64,000 nt of DNA from an uncultured Planctomycetaceae bacterium (GCA_963833985.1 CAWIAD010000002.1:1792001-1856000), one strand, 5' to 3'. Shown: positions 20,558 through 31,972, counted from the first letter of the stretch. Numbers and translations are program-made. Notes: generated by a model not told the origin, from the sequence alone.

Positions 20558-20824
20558 ACGAACCGGGGTGCGTCCTCGTTGTTCGATACGTGGTCGGAGC
20601 CGGTTTTTCTTTTCACGACGCGGAACGCCTGTTGCTTGATCGATCAGGGGGCGCGAGCTAGCCGCTCGCGGCAGCGTCGTGGTTCGCCGGTTCGACTCCC
20701 GCGATGTGAGCCCCCGCGCCCACTGGTGAGATGCGCCTGGACCGGGTACAACGGAACTCTTGCGACTTTCGAGCCACCCGATCCATGGTCCTGGCGATGG
20801 TTGCATTTCTTCAGGGAGCCGAAG

Positions 20825-21817
20825 GTGTCGATCGACGTTCGCAGGCGCACCTCCGGCTTTTTCGGTCACCGGCAACTTCTGGTCCTGATGACAGCCGTGC
20901 TGGCACTCATGCTGTCTGCCGGTATGAGAGGGCGGATATTCCCGCCCGGTGAGCTGAACGGTGGGCCGGGCGCGGTCCGAGAGGATGCGGGCGCCGCGGA
21001 TCGAGCTGGAAGGTCCGCGGTTGCTCTCGAGCCCGCGCAGCTTGTGCATCTGCCTCCGGGGAGCCTGCTGGAGAACGGCGATTCGCCCCCGGAAGGCTGG
21101 ACCCATCTGGCCATGAAGTCCGTTCCCGTGCTGACGACGGGCGACCTGGACACGGTTGCCCCCCAGTCATTCCACACGGCACGCCGGATCCGCCCGCTCA
21201 TCGTGGCCGAGGTGCGCCGGTCCCTGCTGGCCGCCGGACCGACATTTCATCTCGTACGCGTGGGGCTGGGCCTTTGCGCTCCCTCGACCGACGGCCTCGG
21301 CGATCGCGTGATTTCCCCCACCTCGCTGGAGGGGACACAGGGACCGTGGAACGCGAAGGAGCGCATCATCCTGGCGGCCATGGCATTCGAGGTCTCGCGC
21401 AGCACGATCACCGCGGCCACGCCCACCTTCGCCCTGGTCCGTTCGCCGAACACCTTCCTGGTCGACGGGTCCCACCGCAGCGCGGAAACGGCTTACGCAC
21501 TGCTGGTCGATCCTCTCGTCGGCTCGCTTCGGGTCCTCGTGTGGCGCGATGGTGCCCGTGCGGCAAACTCGGAAGTCGAGCAGACAGAGGCACGCTTGCT
21601 GGCCACTCCGGTCTTCGAGTGCCCGCTGGACGTGCATGCCAGCCGCGTGCTCGGAACGCCCATCGCGTGGTCGTTTGCCATCCGGCAATTACCGCCCGGC
21701 CGGGAACTGACGTTCCCGCGCGATCTCACGGCCGCGGTCAGGTCCGGGTCCCACGGCAGCACCGACGCCGCAACGCTCGAGCTGGAGATTCGCCGCTGTC
21801 TTGGCGGTCAGAATTGA
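20825..21817 (+). CDS. Hypothetical membrane-anchored or exported protein
   Basis: GTG after GGGAG within ORF 20579..21817; N-terminal hydrophobic segment LLVLMTAVLALMLSAG. Confidence 0.6.
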   Translation: MSIDVRRRTSGFFGHRQLLVLMTAVLALMLSAGMRGRIFPPGELNGGPGAVREDAGAADRAGRSAVALEPAQLVHLPPGSLLENGDSPPEGWTHLAMKSVPVLTTGDLDTVAPQSFHTARRIRPLIVAEVRRSLLAAGPTFHLVRVGLGLCAPSTDGLGDRVISPTSLEGTQGPWNAKERIILAAMAFEVSRSTITAATPTFALVRSPNTFLVDGSHRSAETAYALLVDPLVGSLRVLVWRDGARAANSEVEQTEARLLATPVFECPLDVHASRVLGTPIAWSFAIRQLPPGRELTFPRDLTAAVRSGSHGSTDAATLELEIRRCLGGQN

Positions 21818-21839
21818 GCGCAGCGCCGGCCGGCGCGGA

Positions 21840-22927
21840 TCAGAGGCTCTGCGCACGCCGGAGGGGCTCGTCCGCTCCGGAATGTGCGGCCGGCGCGTGA
21901 TGGTTGGCCGCCTCGAGCTCGAGCAAGGCGTCCAGGGCGCGATCACCAGGATCGTGTCGCCGGCGTCCAGCCTGGCGTCGCCAGCGGGATTGACATCGAC
22001 TCCGCCGGGTCCCTGGTGCATCACGATGTTCACCCGGTTGCCTGCCTGGATCTCTCTCACGGTGTGCCCCGCCAGCCTGCCGGTTGCCGCGATCGTCACG
22101 TCCGACAGGTGCACGTACTGACCGGCGAGCTGGAAGCCCTGGTAAATCTTCCGCCCCGTGGCGGCCGCGATGAAGGCCGGTGCGGCGACCTGCGCGGTGG
22201 AGATGGCGGGCATGGCGAAGGCGCCGGCGACCTTCGTGGCGAGCGTCTCATCAAAGAGCCGCAGCACGATCCGGGCCTGGCCGTTCAGGTCTCTGGCGGA
22301 GAGGGCGATGTCGAGGTTGGTCAGGTCGTCCCCGGTGGTCACGATCACGGCCCGGGCATCGGCGATGTTGGACTGCTCGAGCACGGCGGTCAGCCGGGCA
22401 TTGCCCTGGATCACGGGGATGCCGCTTTCAAAGAGTTCGCCCAGCAGCGGCGCCTCGCTGCACTTCTCGACGGCCACGATCGACTCGCGCAGCTCGAGCA
22501 GTTCCTTGATCACCAGGTAGCCCACGCGTCCCACGCCCACCACCACGAAGTGATTCCGACAGAGCGAGGCGAGCATGCGGTTCCACTCCGGTTGGTTCTG
22601 CTTGCGGCTGAACATCAGGAAAGCCAGCCGGATCACCGAGTCGGCGATCGCGCCCAGGCCGACCATCGGCAGCAGGAAGAAGAGCGGTTGAAGATACCAT
22701 TCGTCCGGAAAGCTGATCGAGGACTCGAGAAAGATCATGAGGAAGACCGCGTGGCAGGCGCGGCTGAATGAGAGCGGCTCATGGCCGTAGAAAAGCCAGA
22801 GAATCGTGCCGCCCCCCAGCACCAGCGTCGCGAATACCCCGAGCGCCCAGCGGAATTCCCAGAGGAGATATTGCACGAAGCGGAGGTACGTCTTGAGCTT
22901 CGTGGGAATGGGCAGGTGGGGAATCAT
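21840..22927 (-). CDS. Potassium channel / TrkA-family protein (TM + RCK_N + RCK_C); frameshift near 21935
   Basis: Two TM helices, HFVVVGVGRVG, DDLTNLDIALSAR and a C-terminal LDAGDTILVIA; the shifted frame ends LDALLELEAAN...RAQSL with a stop at 21840. Confidence 0.85.
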
Positions 22928-23139
22928 GGTCGGCTGCTCGATCGGGACCGGTGAGACTGACTCAGGATATCCGGCCCGATCACCTGGTTCCACCCGGTGG
23001 AGTACGTCGCCTGGTGAGCTGAGCTGAGCTCAGCCGGGCCGGGGCGGGCGGCTGCCGCGGTTTCACTTTCATTCCGGCGGCCTGCCCTTTAGGATAAGGG
23101 GCAGGGCCACCGAGGTGGCCAATCGCAGGAGGCATGATC

Positions 23140-23331
23140 ATGAGCGCAGCAGACATGAGGCCGCCGGCCGCCTCCGCGGAACAGGGTCGAGAGCAGGAGC
23201 AACCGCCGCTCGATCCACCCCGGCCTGCCTGCCCGGTCTGTGGAGCAGGGCTCACGGAGCGCCGGGGCAAGCTCATCTGCACGCGCTGCCACACCATCTG
23301 CGAGACCTGCTGCGAGGGTGGCCGCGGCTGA
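23140..23331 (+). CDS. Small Cys-rich zinc-ribbon protein
   Basis: CPVCG...CTRCHTICETCCEGG; AGGAGG RBS. Confidence 0.7.
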   Translation: MSAADMRPPAASAEQGREQEQPPLDPPRPACPVCGAGLTERRGKLICTRCHTICETCCEGGRG

Positions 23332-23359
23332 AGGATCCACACGAAGAAAGGACGCTTCG

Positions 23360-24396
23360 ATGACGTTCGGTTCCATGACGGCTCTGCTCTTGACCGTCAC
23401 CGCTCTGACCCAGTTGCCGGCATCGCCGGAGCCATGGTTCCCGGTCCCATCGGCCGGGGGAGACTACACCGCCGCCTTGCCGGCGCGGCCAAGCTCCAGC
23501 ACGCGGCAAGTGCCAACCGCGGGGGGCACGGTGGAACAGCAAATCCATTACTGCCGCCAGGGAGGAGCGCTCTACTCCGTGCAGAAGATCCGCCTTGGTA
23601 GTGCGGTGCCGGCGGGTCAGGTTCCGGCCTGGCTGGCGTCGCAGAGGAAGAGCTATTACCAGGCGGGAGCGACGCCAGGGGGCCAGCAGGTGATCGTGCG
23701 CGATGAGGTCGCCGGCGAGGACTTCCGCTATTCTGCGTCGGCGCCCGGTGGCAAGGGGACCGTGACCAGCCGGACGCAGCATTTCCTGCGCGGTCAGAAC
23801 TACTACGCGCTGACCGTCATGTCGCCGGCCGGCGCCGCATTGCCGGCCGACGCCGATCGTTTCTTTTCAGCGTTCCACTTCCTGCGGGCGCAGGCACGAA
23901 CGGGCGGCCCCGCCGGACCGGCAGGAGGAGTGCCGGCAGCCGGGGCGCCGGCCGCGCCCGGGTTGCAGGCCATGACCGCCGATCAAACCCCCGAGGACGC
24001 CCTCAAGTCGTTCGTGCTCGCCATGGCCACGCACGACGTCCGGATGCTGCGGTCCGTGACCCTGCCCGTGCCGGAGTTCGAGTGGCTGACTGCCGGCGCC
24101 CCGCGCCGGCCAGTGTGATCGGTGATCTGAAAGCGCAGCTCGCCCGGCAGAGATGGCGGAACCTGAAGGCTGGCGATCGGTTCGCGCTTCCGGACGGCAC
24201 GGTGAAGGTGGTCGAGGCCGGAGAGGTCGGCCCGGACCGGGCGCTGCTGCTTCCTGAAGGGGCAAGCCTGCCCACGCACTTGCAGCGGGTCGAAGGACAC
24301 TGGAAGGTTGATGCCAGCGGCATCATCGCCGGCCGCAAGGCCGCCGAGGAGGCGCGGAAGCGCGCCCCCTCAACCAGGCCCGCCCGGACCGGCTGA
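23360..24396 (+). CDS. Exported hypothetical protein; frameshift near 24100
   Basis: Signal peptide, then a beta-rich domain, an Ala/Pro/Gly linker and a TPEDALKSF...VEGHWKVD domain that continues in ORF 24082..24396. Confidence 0.6.
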
Positions 24397-24423
24397 CCTG
24401 AGCACCCGAGAGGACGCATTCCC

Positions 24424-25683
24424 ATGGCCCTGGATCGCCTGGCCGAGGAGCTGACGAAACTCGACCCGGCAAGCCCCCGCTATGCCAGCCTGGCCGTCGA
24501 GCGGCTTCTGGCCAGGGCCAGGGAAGTCGGGGCCAGCGACCTGCACGTGCAGCCCGGCGCCGCTGGCCTGGAGGTGCGCTGGCGGGTCGACGGCGTGCTC
24601 CAGCCGGTCACCACCTTGCCGGCGCGGCTGGCCCCCAACATCGTGGCCCGGCTCAAGGTCCTTGCGGAGCTGCTCACCTACCGCACCGACATCCCGCAGG
24701 AAGGCCGCATCCGGGGCGTCCCGGGCGCCCTGGAGATGCGTCTCTCCACCTTTCCCACGCTGCACGGCGAGAAGGCGGTGGTGCGGCTGTTCGCGGGGTC
24801 GGACCGGTTCCTCCGCCTTGTGGACCTGGGCCTGCCCGACGAGGTGTTCGACACGCTCTCCGCGGCGCTCGATGAGACCTCGGGGGGCATCATCCTTTCC
24901 GGCCCGGCCGGCAGCGGCAAGACAACGTCGCTGTACGCTTGCCTGCGCGAGCTGGCCGCGCGGTCGCGCGGCGAGCGCAGCCTGGCCACGCTCGAGGACC
25001 CGATCGAGTCCGACGTTCCGGGCGTGGCCCAGTCGCAGGTGAACGCCGCGGCCGGGTTGACGCTGGAAGACGGCCTGCGCGCCCTGCTGCGGCAGGATCC
25101 CGAGGTCATCGCCATCGGCGAGATCCGCGACCGGAGCACCGCCGAGATCGCGCTTCAGGCCGCGCTCACCGGGCACCTGACGATGACCACGTTCCACGCC
25201 GGCAGCGCCTGCGAGGTGATCGGGCGCCTGCTGGACATGGGCCTCGAGCCCTATGCGATTCGCAGCGGTCTGCGCGTGGTGGTGGCCCAGCGCCTGGTGC
25301 GGCGTCTCTGCCCGGCCTGCGCCGCGGCGCCGGCGGCGCCCGCCGGGCTGCTCGGGCTACCCGTCACCAGGGCACTCGAGGCCCGCGGCTGTGAAGCCTG
25401 CGGCCGGACAGGCTACCAGGGCCGGCTCGTGCTGGCCGAGCTGCTGCTCCCCGCCGAGGAAGCCTTCGGCCGCGCCGTGCTGGCGCGGCGCGACGTGCAC
25501 ACCCTGGAGCACGTCGCCCTGCAAGGCGGCATGATCAGCCGCTGGGAGCGTGCCTGCCGGGCGGTGGAACAGGGGCTGACCTCGCCCCGCGAGATCCGCC
25601 GCGTGCTGGGCGTCTCCAATCCACCACGGTTCGACCAGGGCCACCGGGCAAGCGTCAGCGAAGCAGCTGCACGCCTTGATTGA
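24424..25683 (+). CDS. GspE/PilB-family secretion ATPase
   Basis: GASDLHVQP, Walker A GPAGSGKTT, TLEDPIE, LRQDPEVIAIGEIRD, His box TGHL and CxxC/CxxC zinc motif. Confidence 0.95.
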   Translation: MALDRLAEELTKLDPASPRYASLAVERLLARAREVGASDLHVQPGAAGLEVRWRVDGVLQPVTTLPARLAPNIVARLKVLAELLTYRTDIPQEGRIRGVPGALEMRLSTFPTLHGEKAVVRLFAGSDRFLRLVDLGLPDEVFDTLSAALDETSGGIILSGPAGSGKTTSLYACLRELAARSRGERSLATLEDPIESDVPGVAQSQVNAAAGLTLEDGLRALLRQDPEVIAIGEIRDRSTAEIALQAALTGHLTMTTFHAGSACEVIGRLLDMGLEPYAIRSGLRVVVAQRLVRRLCPACAAAPAAPAGLLGLPVTRALEARGCEACGRTGYQGRLVLAELLLPAEEAFGRAVLARRDVHTLEHVALQGGMISRWERACRAVEQGLTSPREIRRVLGVSNPPRFDQGHRASVSEAAARLD

Positions 25684-25856
25684 AGCCGATTCCCCGGCCG
25701 CTCCGGCGATTGGTCCAGGGGCCGGCCGGCGGATCGTCAGTTTTTTTCGGTGCGGGCTTGACTGCCTCGGACAGATGTGGTGAGATGAGTCTGTCACAAT
25801 TGTCATAGGCGCGGGTCCGGGTTCGCAGCAGGGTTCGCGCCGGGAGTGAATGGGAG

Positions 25857-26942
25857 ATGGGAGACGCCGCGCAGGGGGAGGGTGGAGCGGGACGGATCTC
25901 GATGCACGAGCTGGCCGCTCTGAACGAGGAAATTGCCGCGCTGGTGCGGGCGGGAGTGCCGCTGGATCGGGGCTTGCTGGCCGCGGGAGCCGACCTGCCG
26001 GGCGGCCTGCGGCAGATTGCCACGGTGCTGGGCAAGCGGCTGAGCCAGGGGGAAAGCCTGGCCGAGGCGCTCGATGCCGAGAAACGCGCCATTCCGCCCC
26101 TGTATCGCGCCGTGGTCGAGGCCGGGGCGCGCTCGGGCCGCCTTGCCGTCGCGCTCGAGGGCCTGGCCCGGTTCGTGCGCAGCTATTCCGAGGCCCGCAC
26201 CGCCATTGGCGTGGCCCTCTGGTATCCGCTGCTGGTGCTGAGCCTGGCGTACGGCCTGTTCCTGGGGTTGCTGGTGGTGGTCATTCCCCGGTTCATCGGG
26301 GCCTTCGAGTCGCTGGGGCTGACGGTGGCCCCGCCCCTGCGCTGGCTGGAGACTCTCGGGGAGCAGGTGCCCTACTGGTGGCCGGCCTGGCCCGTGATCC
26401 TGGTGCTGCTGGCGCTGGCCTGGTGGCGATCGGGCATTGCGGCGACGTTCCAGAGCCGGTCCTGGTCGCTGGTGCGGATGTTCCCCTGGATGCGATCCAT
26501 GCTTGCCGATTACGAGTCCGCCAGCTTCGCCGAGCTGCTGGCTCTGCTGCTGGAGCACCACGTGGCCTACCCCAGGGCCGTGGAACTGGCGGCCGAGGCC
26601 ACCGGCAACCCGGCGATGATCAGCGGCGCCACGCGGCTCGCCGGCGCGCTCCAGCGCGGCGAGCCGGCCGAGCAGGCCGTGCGTGAGCTGCCCGAGCGCG
26701 CGTTCCGGCCCCTGCTGCGCTGGACCATGGCGGGGACCGCGAATCAAGGATCACTGGTGGCTTCCCTCCGGAACCTGGCGCCCATGTACCGCAAGCGGGG
26801 CACCTTCCAGGCTGAAAAACTCCAGGTTTTCTTGCCCACCCTGCTCATGCTCGTGCTCGGCGGATCGGCGACCCTGTTCTACGCGCTCACTCTGTTCGTG
26901 CCGCTGGCCAGCATGCTGCGCGGACTGTCCATGCCCACGTGA
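25857..26942 (+). CDS. GspF/PilC-family platform protein 1
   Basis: ALVRAGVPL, GESLAEAL, AGARSGRL, ALWYP and three TM segments. Confidence 0.9.
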   Translation: MGDAAQGEGGAGRISMHELAALNEEIAALVRAGVPLDRGLLAAGADLPGGLRQIATVLGKRLSQGESLAEALDAEKRAIPPLYRAVVEAGARSGRLAVALEGLARFVRSYSEARTAIGVALWYPLLVLSLAYGLFLGLLVVVIPRFIGAFESLGLTVAPPLRWLETLGEQVPYWWPAWPVILVLLALAWWRSGIAATFQSRSWSLVRMFPWMRSMLADYESASFAELLALLLEHHVAYPRAVELAAEATGNPAMISGATRLAGALQRGEPAEQAVRELPERAFRPLLRWTMAGTANQGSLVASLRNLAPMYRKRGTFQAEKLQVFLPTLLMLVLGGSATLFYALTLFVPLASMLRGLSMPT

Positions 26943-27015
26943 TCGGGCCATGGACCGCGCGGATTCCCGTGGAGGCAAGAGCCAGGCTTCCGCGGCTTTT
27001 TGGGAAAGTGGAGCG

Positions 27016-28085
27016 ATGGCGGATTCTTCGGAACAACTTGAGGCCACGGGCACGCTCACGCCCGCGGAAGCCGGGCAACTGAGCGAGCAGATTGCCAGTC
27101 TGGCCAGCAGTGGACGGCCGCTCGGCCCGGGGCTGGCCGCCCTGGCCAGCGAGCTGCCCCGCGGGCGGCTGCGACAATCGCTCTTTCATCTCTCCCGCGC
27201 GCTCGAGCAGGGCAAGCCGCTGGACAAGGCCATGGAGGAGCAGAGTGAGCGCATCCCGCCCCACCTCCGCGGCCTGGTGCTGGGAGCGCTGCGGAGCAAC
27301 CGGCTTGGCGATGTCCTGGGCCGGTTCTCTGCCTACATGAGCATCGGCACCGAGCTGAAGCGCAAACTCTGGCTCAGCCTCGCCTACCCGATCATGTCGT
27401 GCCTCGTCGCGGTCACGCTCTTCGTGCTCGTGAACGTGATGCTGGTCAGACAGTTCGAGGTCATTTTCAAGGACTTTGGCGTTCAATTGCCCGCGATAAC
27501 AATCGGCATGCTCCTGATCTCGCACTGGCTCCAGTCAGGGTGGTCCGCCCTGCCGGCGGTGCTCGGACTGATCGTGGCCTTGTGGCTGCTCTCGCGGATC
27601 TTTCTCAGGGCGCCGGACCGCCGCAGCCTGGCCGCGCAGATTCCGGTGGTCGGGAAAGTGTGGAAGTATACCTCCTGGGCGGAATACTGCCATTTGCTGG
27701 CACTGCTGCTGGAGAGCCACCTGACCCTGCCCGAGGCCCTTCGGCTGGCCGGCGCGGGCGTGCAGAACAGCGATCTCGATCAGGCCAGCCAGATCATGGC
27801 AAACGAGGTTGAGCAGGGCGCCTCGCTGGCCCAGGCCATGGCCAGCCGGTACCAGCTCCCCTCGAGCCTGCGCGCTTGCTCGGCTGCGCCAGGAAGCAGC
27901 ACGCCACCGCCGAGATCCTGCACATGGCGGGCGACATGTACCAGGCCCGCGCCAGCACCCAGGCCACCTTCGCGGGAACGGTGATGATGGTGCTCTCGGT
28001 GATCATTGTGCTCTGGGGCGCGATCTCCATCGTCGGCGGCCTGATGCTGCCCCTGGTCAATCTGATCAGCCGGCTCTCCGGTTGA
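27016..28085 (+). CDS. GspF/PilC-family platform protein 2; frameshift near 27873
   Basis: LEQGKPLDKAM, SLAYP, FKDFGVQLPAIT and IPVVGK; C-terminal TM in ORF 27876..28085; alternative start at 26950. Confidence 0.88.
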
Positions 28086-28183
28086 GCGCTGGTTTCTGTG
28101 ACAGTCACTCGCCCTCTATCCTGTGGATCCGCCATGCGTCATCCGTCGTTTGATTTCCTGGTTCCTGCACCCGGGAGCATCCC

Positions 28184-29470
28184 GTGACGAGCGATCGACC
28201 GGAACCGGAGACCCCCTACGAGCCGCCCGGCGCCCCGAAGCCCGAGGCGGGCCAGGAGTCTCTCGAATCCTGGATGGCCGAGGAGCAAGCCGCGGCCAGC
28301 ACCCGCAGCTTGCGGCTCTCGCACCTGATGTGGCTGGTGGCCGGATCGGCCGTCGTCTGCTGGCTGATCGTCAAGATTGGCCCGATCGTCGTCGGCGGCA
28401 GCATCGTGGTCCTCTTCGCCATGGCCGTCGGTGCCGGAGTGATCCTGGCACGGAGGCGGAGCACCCAGCAGGATTCGCTGCTCTGGATCCTGGCCATCGC
28501 CGCCGAGGGGAACATGCCGCTGGCTCAGACGGTCGCGGCATTCGCCGACCAGTACCGCGGCAACTACCGCCGGCGCATCATGAACCTGGCCGCCGAGCTC
28601 CACGCCGGCCGCTCCGTGCCCGATGCGCTCGAGAGCATACGGCGGATCGTCTCGCGGGACGCCCTGCTGCTGGCCCGGATCGGCGAGCAGACCGGCCGGC
28701 TGCCCGAGGCCCTGCGCATGGCGGCCTCGTCGCGGGCCTCGCAGTTGCCGATCTGGACGGCCATCGCCAGCCGGCTGGCCTACCTGCTGGGCATGTTGCT
28801 CATCATCCAGTCCATCTGCGGCTTCATGCTTTACTTCATCGTTCCCAAGTTCGAGGCCATCTTCAACGATTTCGGGGTCCCTCTGCCAAACGCCACCATC
28901 TGGCTCATCCAGGGATCACACTTCATTATCAAGTATTTCTTCCTCACCGCCTGGGTCGCTCCTCTGGAATTCCTCATCCTGCTGTTCTTGCCCTTCTCGT
29001 TCGCCGGCTGGGTGAATTACGACATGCCGTTCTTCGACCGCCTGCTGAGCCGCCGGCACACGGCACTGGTGTTGCGGGCGCTCTCGCTGGTGGTCGAGAG
29101 CGGCAAGCCGATCGAGCTGGGCATGATGACCCTGGCCAGCCACTACCCGACCCTCTGGGTCCGGCGCAGGCTGATCAAGGTGGACGACCGGGTGCAGCTT
29201 GGCGAGCCCTGGATTCCCACGCTCTACCGGCAAGGGATCATCACGGCCAGCGATGCGCAGGTGCTGACCTCGGCGGCGGACGTCGGCAACCTTGGCTGGG
29301 CCCTTCGCGAGCTGGCCGAGACGGCCGAGCGCAGGCTGGCGTTCCGCTTCCAGACCGTGATCCAGACGCTCTTTCCCCTGGTGGTCATCACCCTGGGGCT
29401 GTTTGTCCTGTTCATGGCGGTGGCGTTCTTCATGCCGCTGGTGACGCTGCTGGGGAGGTTGTCGGGATGA
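28184..29470 (+). CDS. GspF/PilC-family platform protein 3 with extra N-terminal TM segments
   Basis: GEQTGRLPEAL, FIVPKFEAIFNDFGVPLP and FFMPLVTLL. Confidence 0.9.
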   Translation: MTSDRPEPETPYEPPGAPKPEAGQESLESWMAEEQAAASTRSLRLSHLMWLVAGSAVVCWLIVKIGPIVVGGSIVVLFAMAVGAGVILARRRSTQQDSLLWILAIAAEGNMPLAQTVAAFADQYRGNYRRRIMNLAAELHAGRSVPDALESIRRIVSRDALLLARIGEQTGRLPEALRMAASSRASQLPIWTAIASRLAYLLGMLLIIQSICGFMLYFIVPKFEAIFNDFGVPLPNATIWLIQGSHFIIKYFFLTAWVAPLEFLILLFLPFSFAGWVNYDMPFFDRLLSRRHTALVLRALSLVVESGKPIELGMMTLASHYPTLWVRRRLIKVDDRVQLGEPWIPTLYRQGIITASDAQVLTSAADVGNLGWALRELAETAERRLAFRFQTVIQTLFPLVVITLGLFVLFMAVAFFMPLVTLLGRLSG

Positions 29471-29925
29471 GACGCGATCCGCGCCGAGCACCGAGAGCAA
29501 CGAAGGCCGGCTGGCCGCGACGCGCACGCCGCGGGTCGCTGCTGGCGGAGGTCGCCGTCTCGGGCGTGCTGCTCATGGTGGCCATGGGTCTGACCGTGAA
29601 GGTGCTGGGCTGGATGGCCACCGAGCGCCGGGCCTGGGACCGCCGTCAGTGGGCCGAGCAAGAGGTCTCGAACCTGATGGAAGAGGCCACCAGCCTGCCG
29701 TTCGCGGAGGTCACCGCGGCGCGGCTCAAGAGCCTGAAACTCTCACCCCAGTCGGAGTCGCTGCTGCCCGCCGCCGAGTTCAGGATCGATGTCACCGACA
29801 ACGATCCGGCCGGTGGACCGGACTCGAAGCGGGTGGCGATCCATCTCCGCTGGCGCAACCGGGGCGGTGAGCCGGACGCTCCGGCGCGGCTGACCACGTG
29901 GATCTATCGCGGGAGGACCGAGTGA
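29467..29925 (+). CDS. Minor pseudopilin-like protein
   Basis: Class III signal RRARRG|SLLAEVAV followed by a hydrophobic helix; ATGA overlaps on both sides (3' part of track ORF 28123..29925). Confidence 0.8.
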   Translation: MRRDPRRAPRATKAGWPRRARRGSLLAEVAVSGVLLMVAMGLTVKVLGWMATERRAWDRRQWAEQEVSNLMEEATSLPFAEVTAARLKSLKLSPQSESLLPAAEFRIDVTDNDPAGGPDSKRVAIHLRWRNRGGEPDAPARLTTWIYRGRTE

Positions 29926-30529
29926 TGCGCTCTCCAGCAGCCGGACCTTTCCGTGCGGGGCGGATGATCGGCGGGCCGTGCACGCCGGTCTCCCGGTTCC
30001 GGCGTGGCGTGACGATCATCGAGACGATCGTCCTGATGACCTCGGTCGCGGCCATGCTGGGCCTGAGCGTGATCATGCTTCAACTGCTCATCAAGCTCGA
30101 CGGCGATCTGCGCGGGCGGCTCGACGCCGCGAGCGTGCTGGCGCGGCTGGCCGAGCAGTTCCGCCAGGATGCCCGGGGCGCGGCCGGGGCCAGGCTCGTG
30201 GAGCCGAAGCCTCAGGAAAGCGCACTCCGTTTCGAGCCCGAACCCGAGCACGTGGTGGAGTACCAGGTGAAGGGCCCGGGCCAGCTCGTCCGCGTCGAGA
30301 CCACGAAGGGCAACCGGCTGCGGAGCGAGATCTACAAGGTGTCTCGCGGCGGCGCGGTCGTCCTGGGGATCGACGAGAAGAACGGCCGCCGGTTCGCCAC
30401 ACTGAGCGTCGACCGCAAGGCCGCGCCGAACCGTACCGATCCACCGCGCCTCTTCCGGGTGCTGGTGGAACTGGGCAGGAACACCAGCCGCAAGAGCGCC
30501 AGCCGCCGGCCGCAGGGGGGATGCCATGA
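29925..30529 (+). CDS. Minor pseudopilin-like protein (GspJ/PilW-like); probable frameshift near 30500
   Basis: RFRRG|VTIIETIVLM; the natural stop is probably the ATGA overlap at 30526-30529. Confidence 0.75.
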
Positions 30530-30978
30530 ACGTGAACCGCGGCCAGGAGCCGCGCCGGGGGCTGACCACGGTGGCCGTGCTGGTCTGCCTGGTCGTCATC
30601 CTGCTGATCTCCGGAGTCTTGCTGAAGATCGGCGTGGCGCATCGAGAGACCGTGCGCGCCGCGGAGCGAGGTCTCCAGGCCGAGTGGCTGGCGCAAGCGG
30701 GGCTCGAACGGGCCCGGGCACGCCTGGCCGCCAGCGCCGGGTACGCCGGCGAGACCTGGCAGCTCACCGCCGCTGATCTCGGCCTTGCCGATCGGGCGCA
30801 AACCGCACCGGGCAAGGCCGCCGTCGTGCGGATCACCATCGAACGATTGCCCGGCGACCCTGCGCGGCGATCGATCCAGGTCCAGGCTGATTTTCCCCCT
30901 GACCCACCTTACCGGGCACGTCGTTCCGCACGCATGGTCGTGGAGCCCGGTGCGCCGAAGACAGGAGACTCGCGATGA
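30526..30978 (+). CDS. GspK/PilX-like pseudopilin
   Basis: PRRG|LTTVAVLVCLVV lacks E+5, and QAEWLAQAGLERA follows, as in PilX/GspK N-termini. Confidence 0.78.
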   Translation: MNVNRGQEPRRGLTTVAVLVCLVVILLISGVLLKIGVAHRETVRAAERGLQAEWLAQAGLERARARLAASAGYAGETWQLTAADLGLADRAQTAPGKAAVVRITIERLPGDPARRSIQVQADFPPDPPYRARRSARMVVEPGAPKTGDSR

Positions 30979-31913
30979 TTCGACGTTCGGATGTGCCTGG
31001 TGAACCTCGCTTCCCGAGCACCCGGAGGGCCCGGCCGCAGGTCCCCGGCTTCACGCTCATCGAGCTGCTGGTGGTGATCGCCATCATCGCGGTCTTGATC
31101 GCGCTCCTGCTGCCGGCGGTGCAGTCCGCCCGCGAGGCGGCACGCCGCGCCCAGTGCTGCAACAACCTGATGCAGATGGGCCTGGCGCTGCAAAGCTACG
31201 AATCGGCCCACGAGGCACTGCCCCCGGGAGTGGTGAACGCCACCGGGCCGGTGCTCGACCAGCCCAAGGGATACGGGTTCGGCTGGATGACCCAGGTCTT
31301 GCCGTACATGGAAATGAAGAACGTGTACAACCATTTCAACCTGCGGATCGGCCTCTACGAGCCCGAGAACTCGACCACGCGGACGAACCTGGTGCGCAGC
31401 TTCCTCTGCCCGTCGGACGGCGGTCCATCACGGGACAAGAACCGGGTTGCCATGACGAATTACGTCGGCGTGCATCACGACGTCGAGGCGCCGATCGACG
31501 CGGACAACCACGGCGTGCTCTTCCTCAACAGCGCCGTGCGCTACGAGGACATCACCGACGGCAGCTCGCAGACGCTCTTCGTGGGCGAGAAGCTGAACGA
31601 CGGGCTTGACCTGGGGTGGGCCTCGGGCACCCGCGCAAGCCTGCGGAATACGGGCCTGAACGTGAACCGCATGCCGCGTCCCGGACGAGCGGCCGCCGCG
31701 CAGAACTTCGGGCCTGGGGACGAAGCCGCAGCCCTGGCCAAGCTGGGCACGCCGGAGTTCGTGGGCGGTTTCGCCAGCAACCATCCCGGTGGCAGCAACT
31801 TTGTGTTTGGCGATGGATCGGTGCGGTTCATCAAGTCGAGCATCGCCGCGAAGGTCCTACAGCGGCTGGCCAACCGGGCCGATGGCGAGACAATCGACGC
31901 GGACCAGTTTTGA
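30975..31913 (+). CDS. DUF1559 prepilin-like protein 1
   Basis: [39 protein letters not shown] and HPGGSNFVFGDGSV (H-X9-DG). Confidence 0.95.
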   Translation: MIRRSDVPGEPRFPSTRRARPQVPGFTLIELLVVIAIIAVLIALLLPAVQSAREAARRAQCCNNLMQMGLALQSYESAHEALPPGVVNATGPVLDQPKGYGFGWMTQVLPYMEMKNVYNHFNLRIGLYEPENSTTRTNLVRSFLCPSDGGPSRDKNRVAMTNYVGVHHDVEAPIDADNHGVLFLNSAVRYEDITDGSSQTLFVGEKLNDGLDLGWASGTRASLRNTGLNVNRMPRPGRAAAAQNFGPGDEAAALAKLGTPEFVGGFASNHPGGSNFVFGDGSVRFIKSSIAAKVLQRLANRADGETIDADQF

Positions 31914-31972
31914 ACGTATCCAGGCCCGCGCGGGCACTGCCTTTGTTCCAGCGAGAGCCAGGTGCATCTCCC

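Noticed and set aside
20646..20715. tRNA/tmRNA-like element (GGGGGCG...GGTTCGACTCCC...GCCCCC)
   Set aside because: A T-loop-like motif and possible stems exist, but there is no proper D arm or anticodon arm, no acceptor stem adjacent to the T arm and no CCA; GC-rich chance pairing is sufficient.
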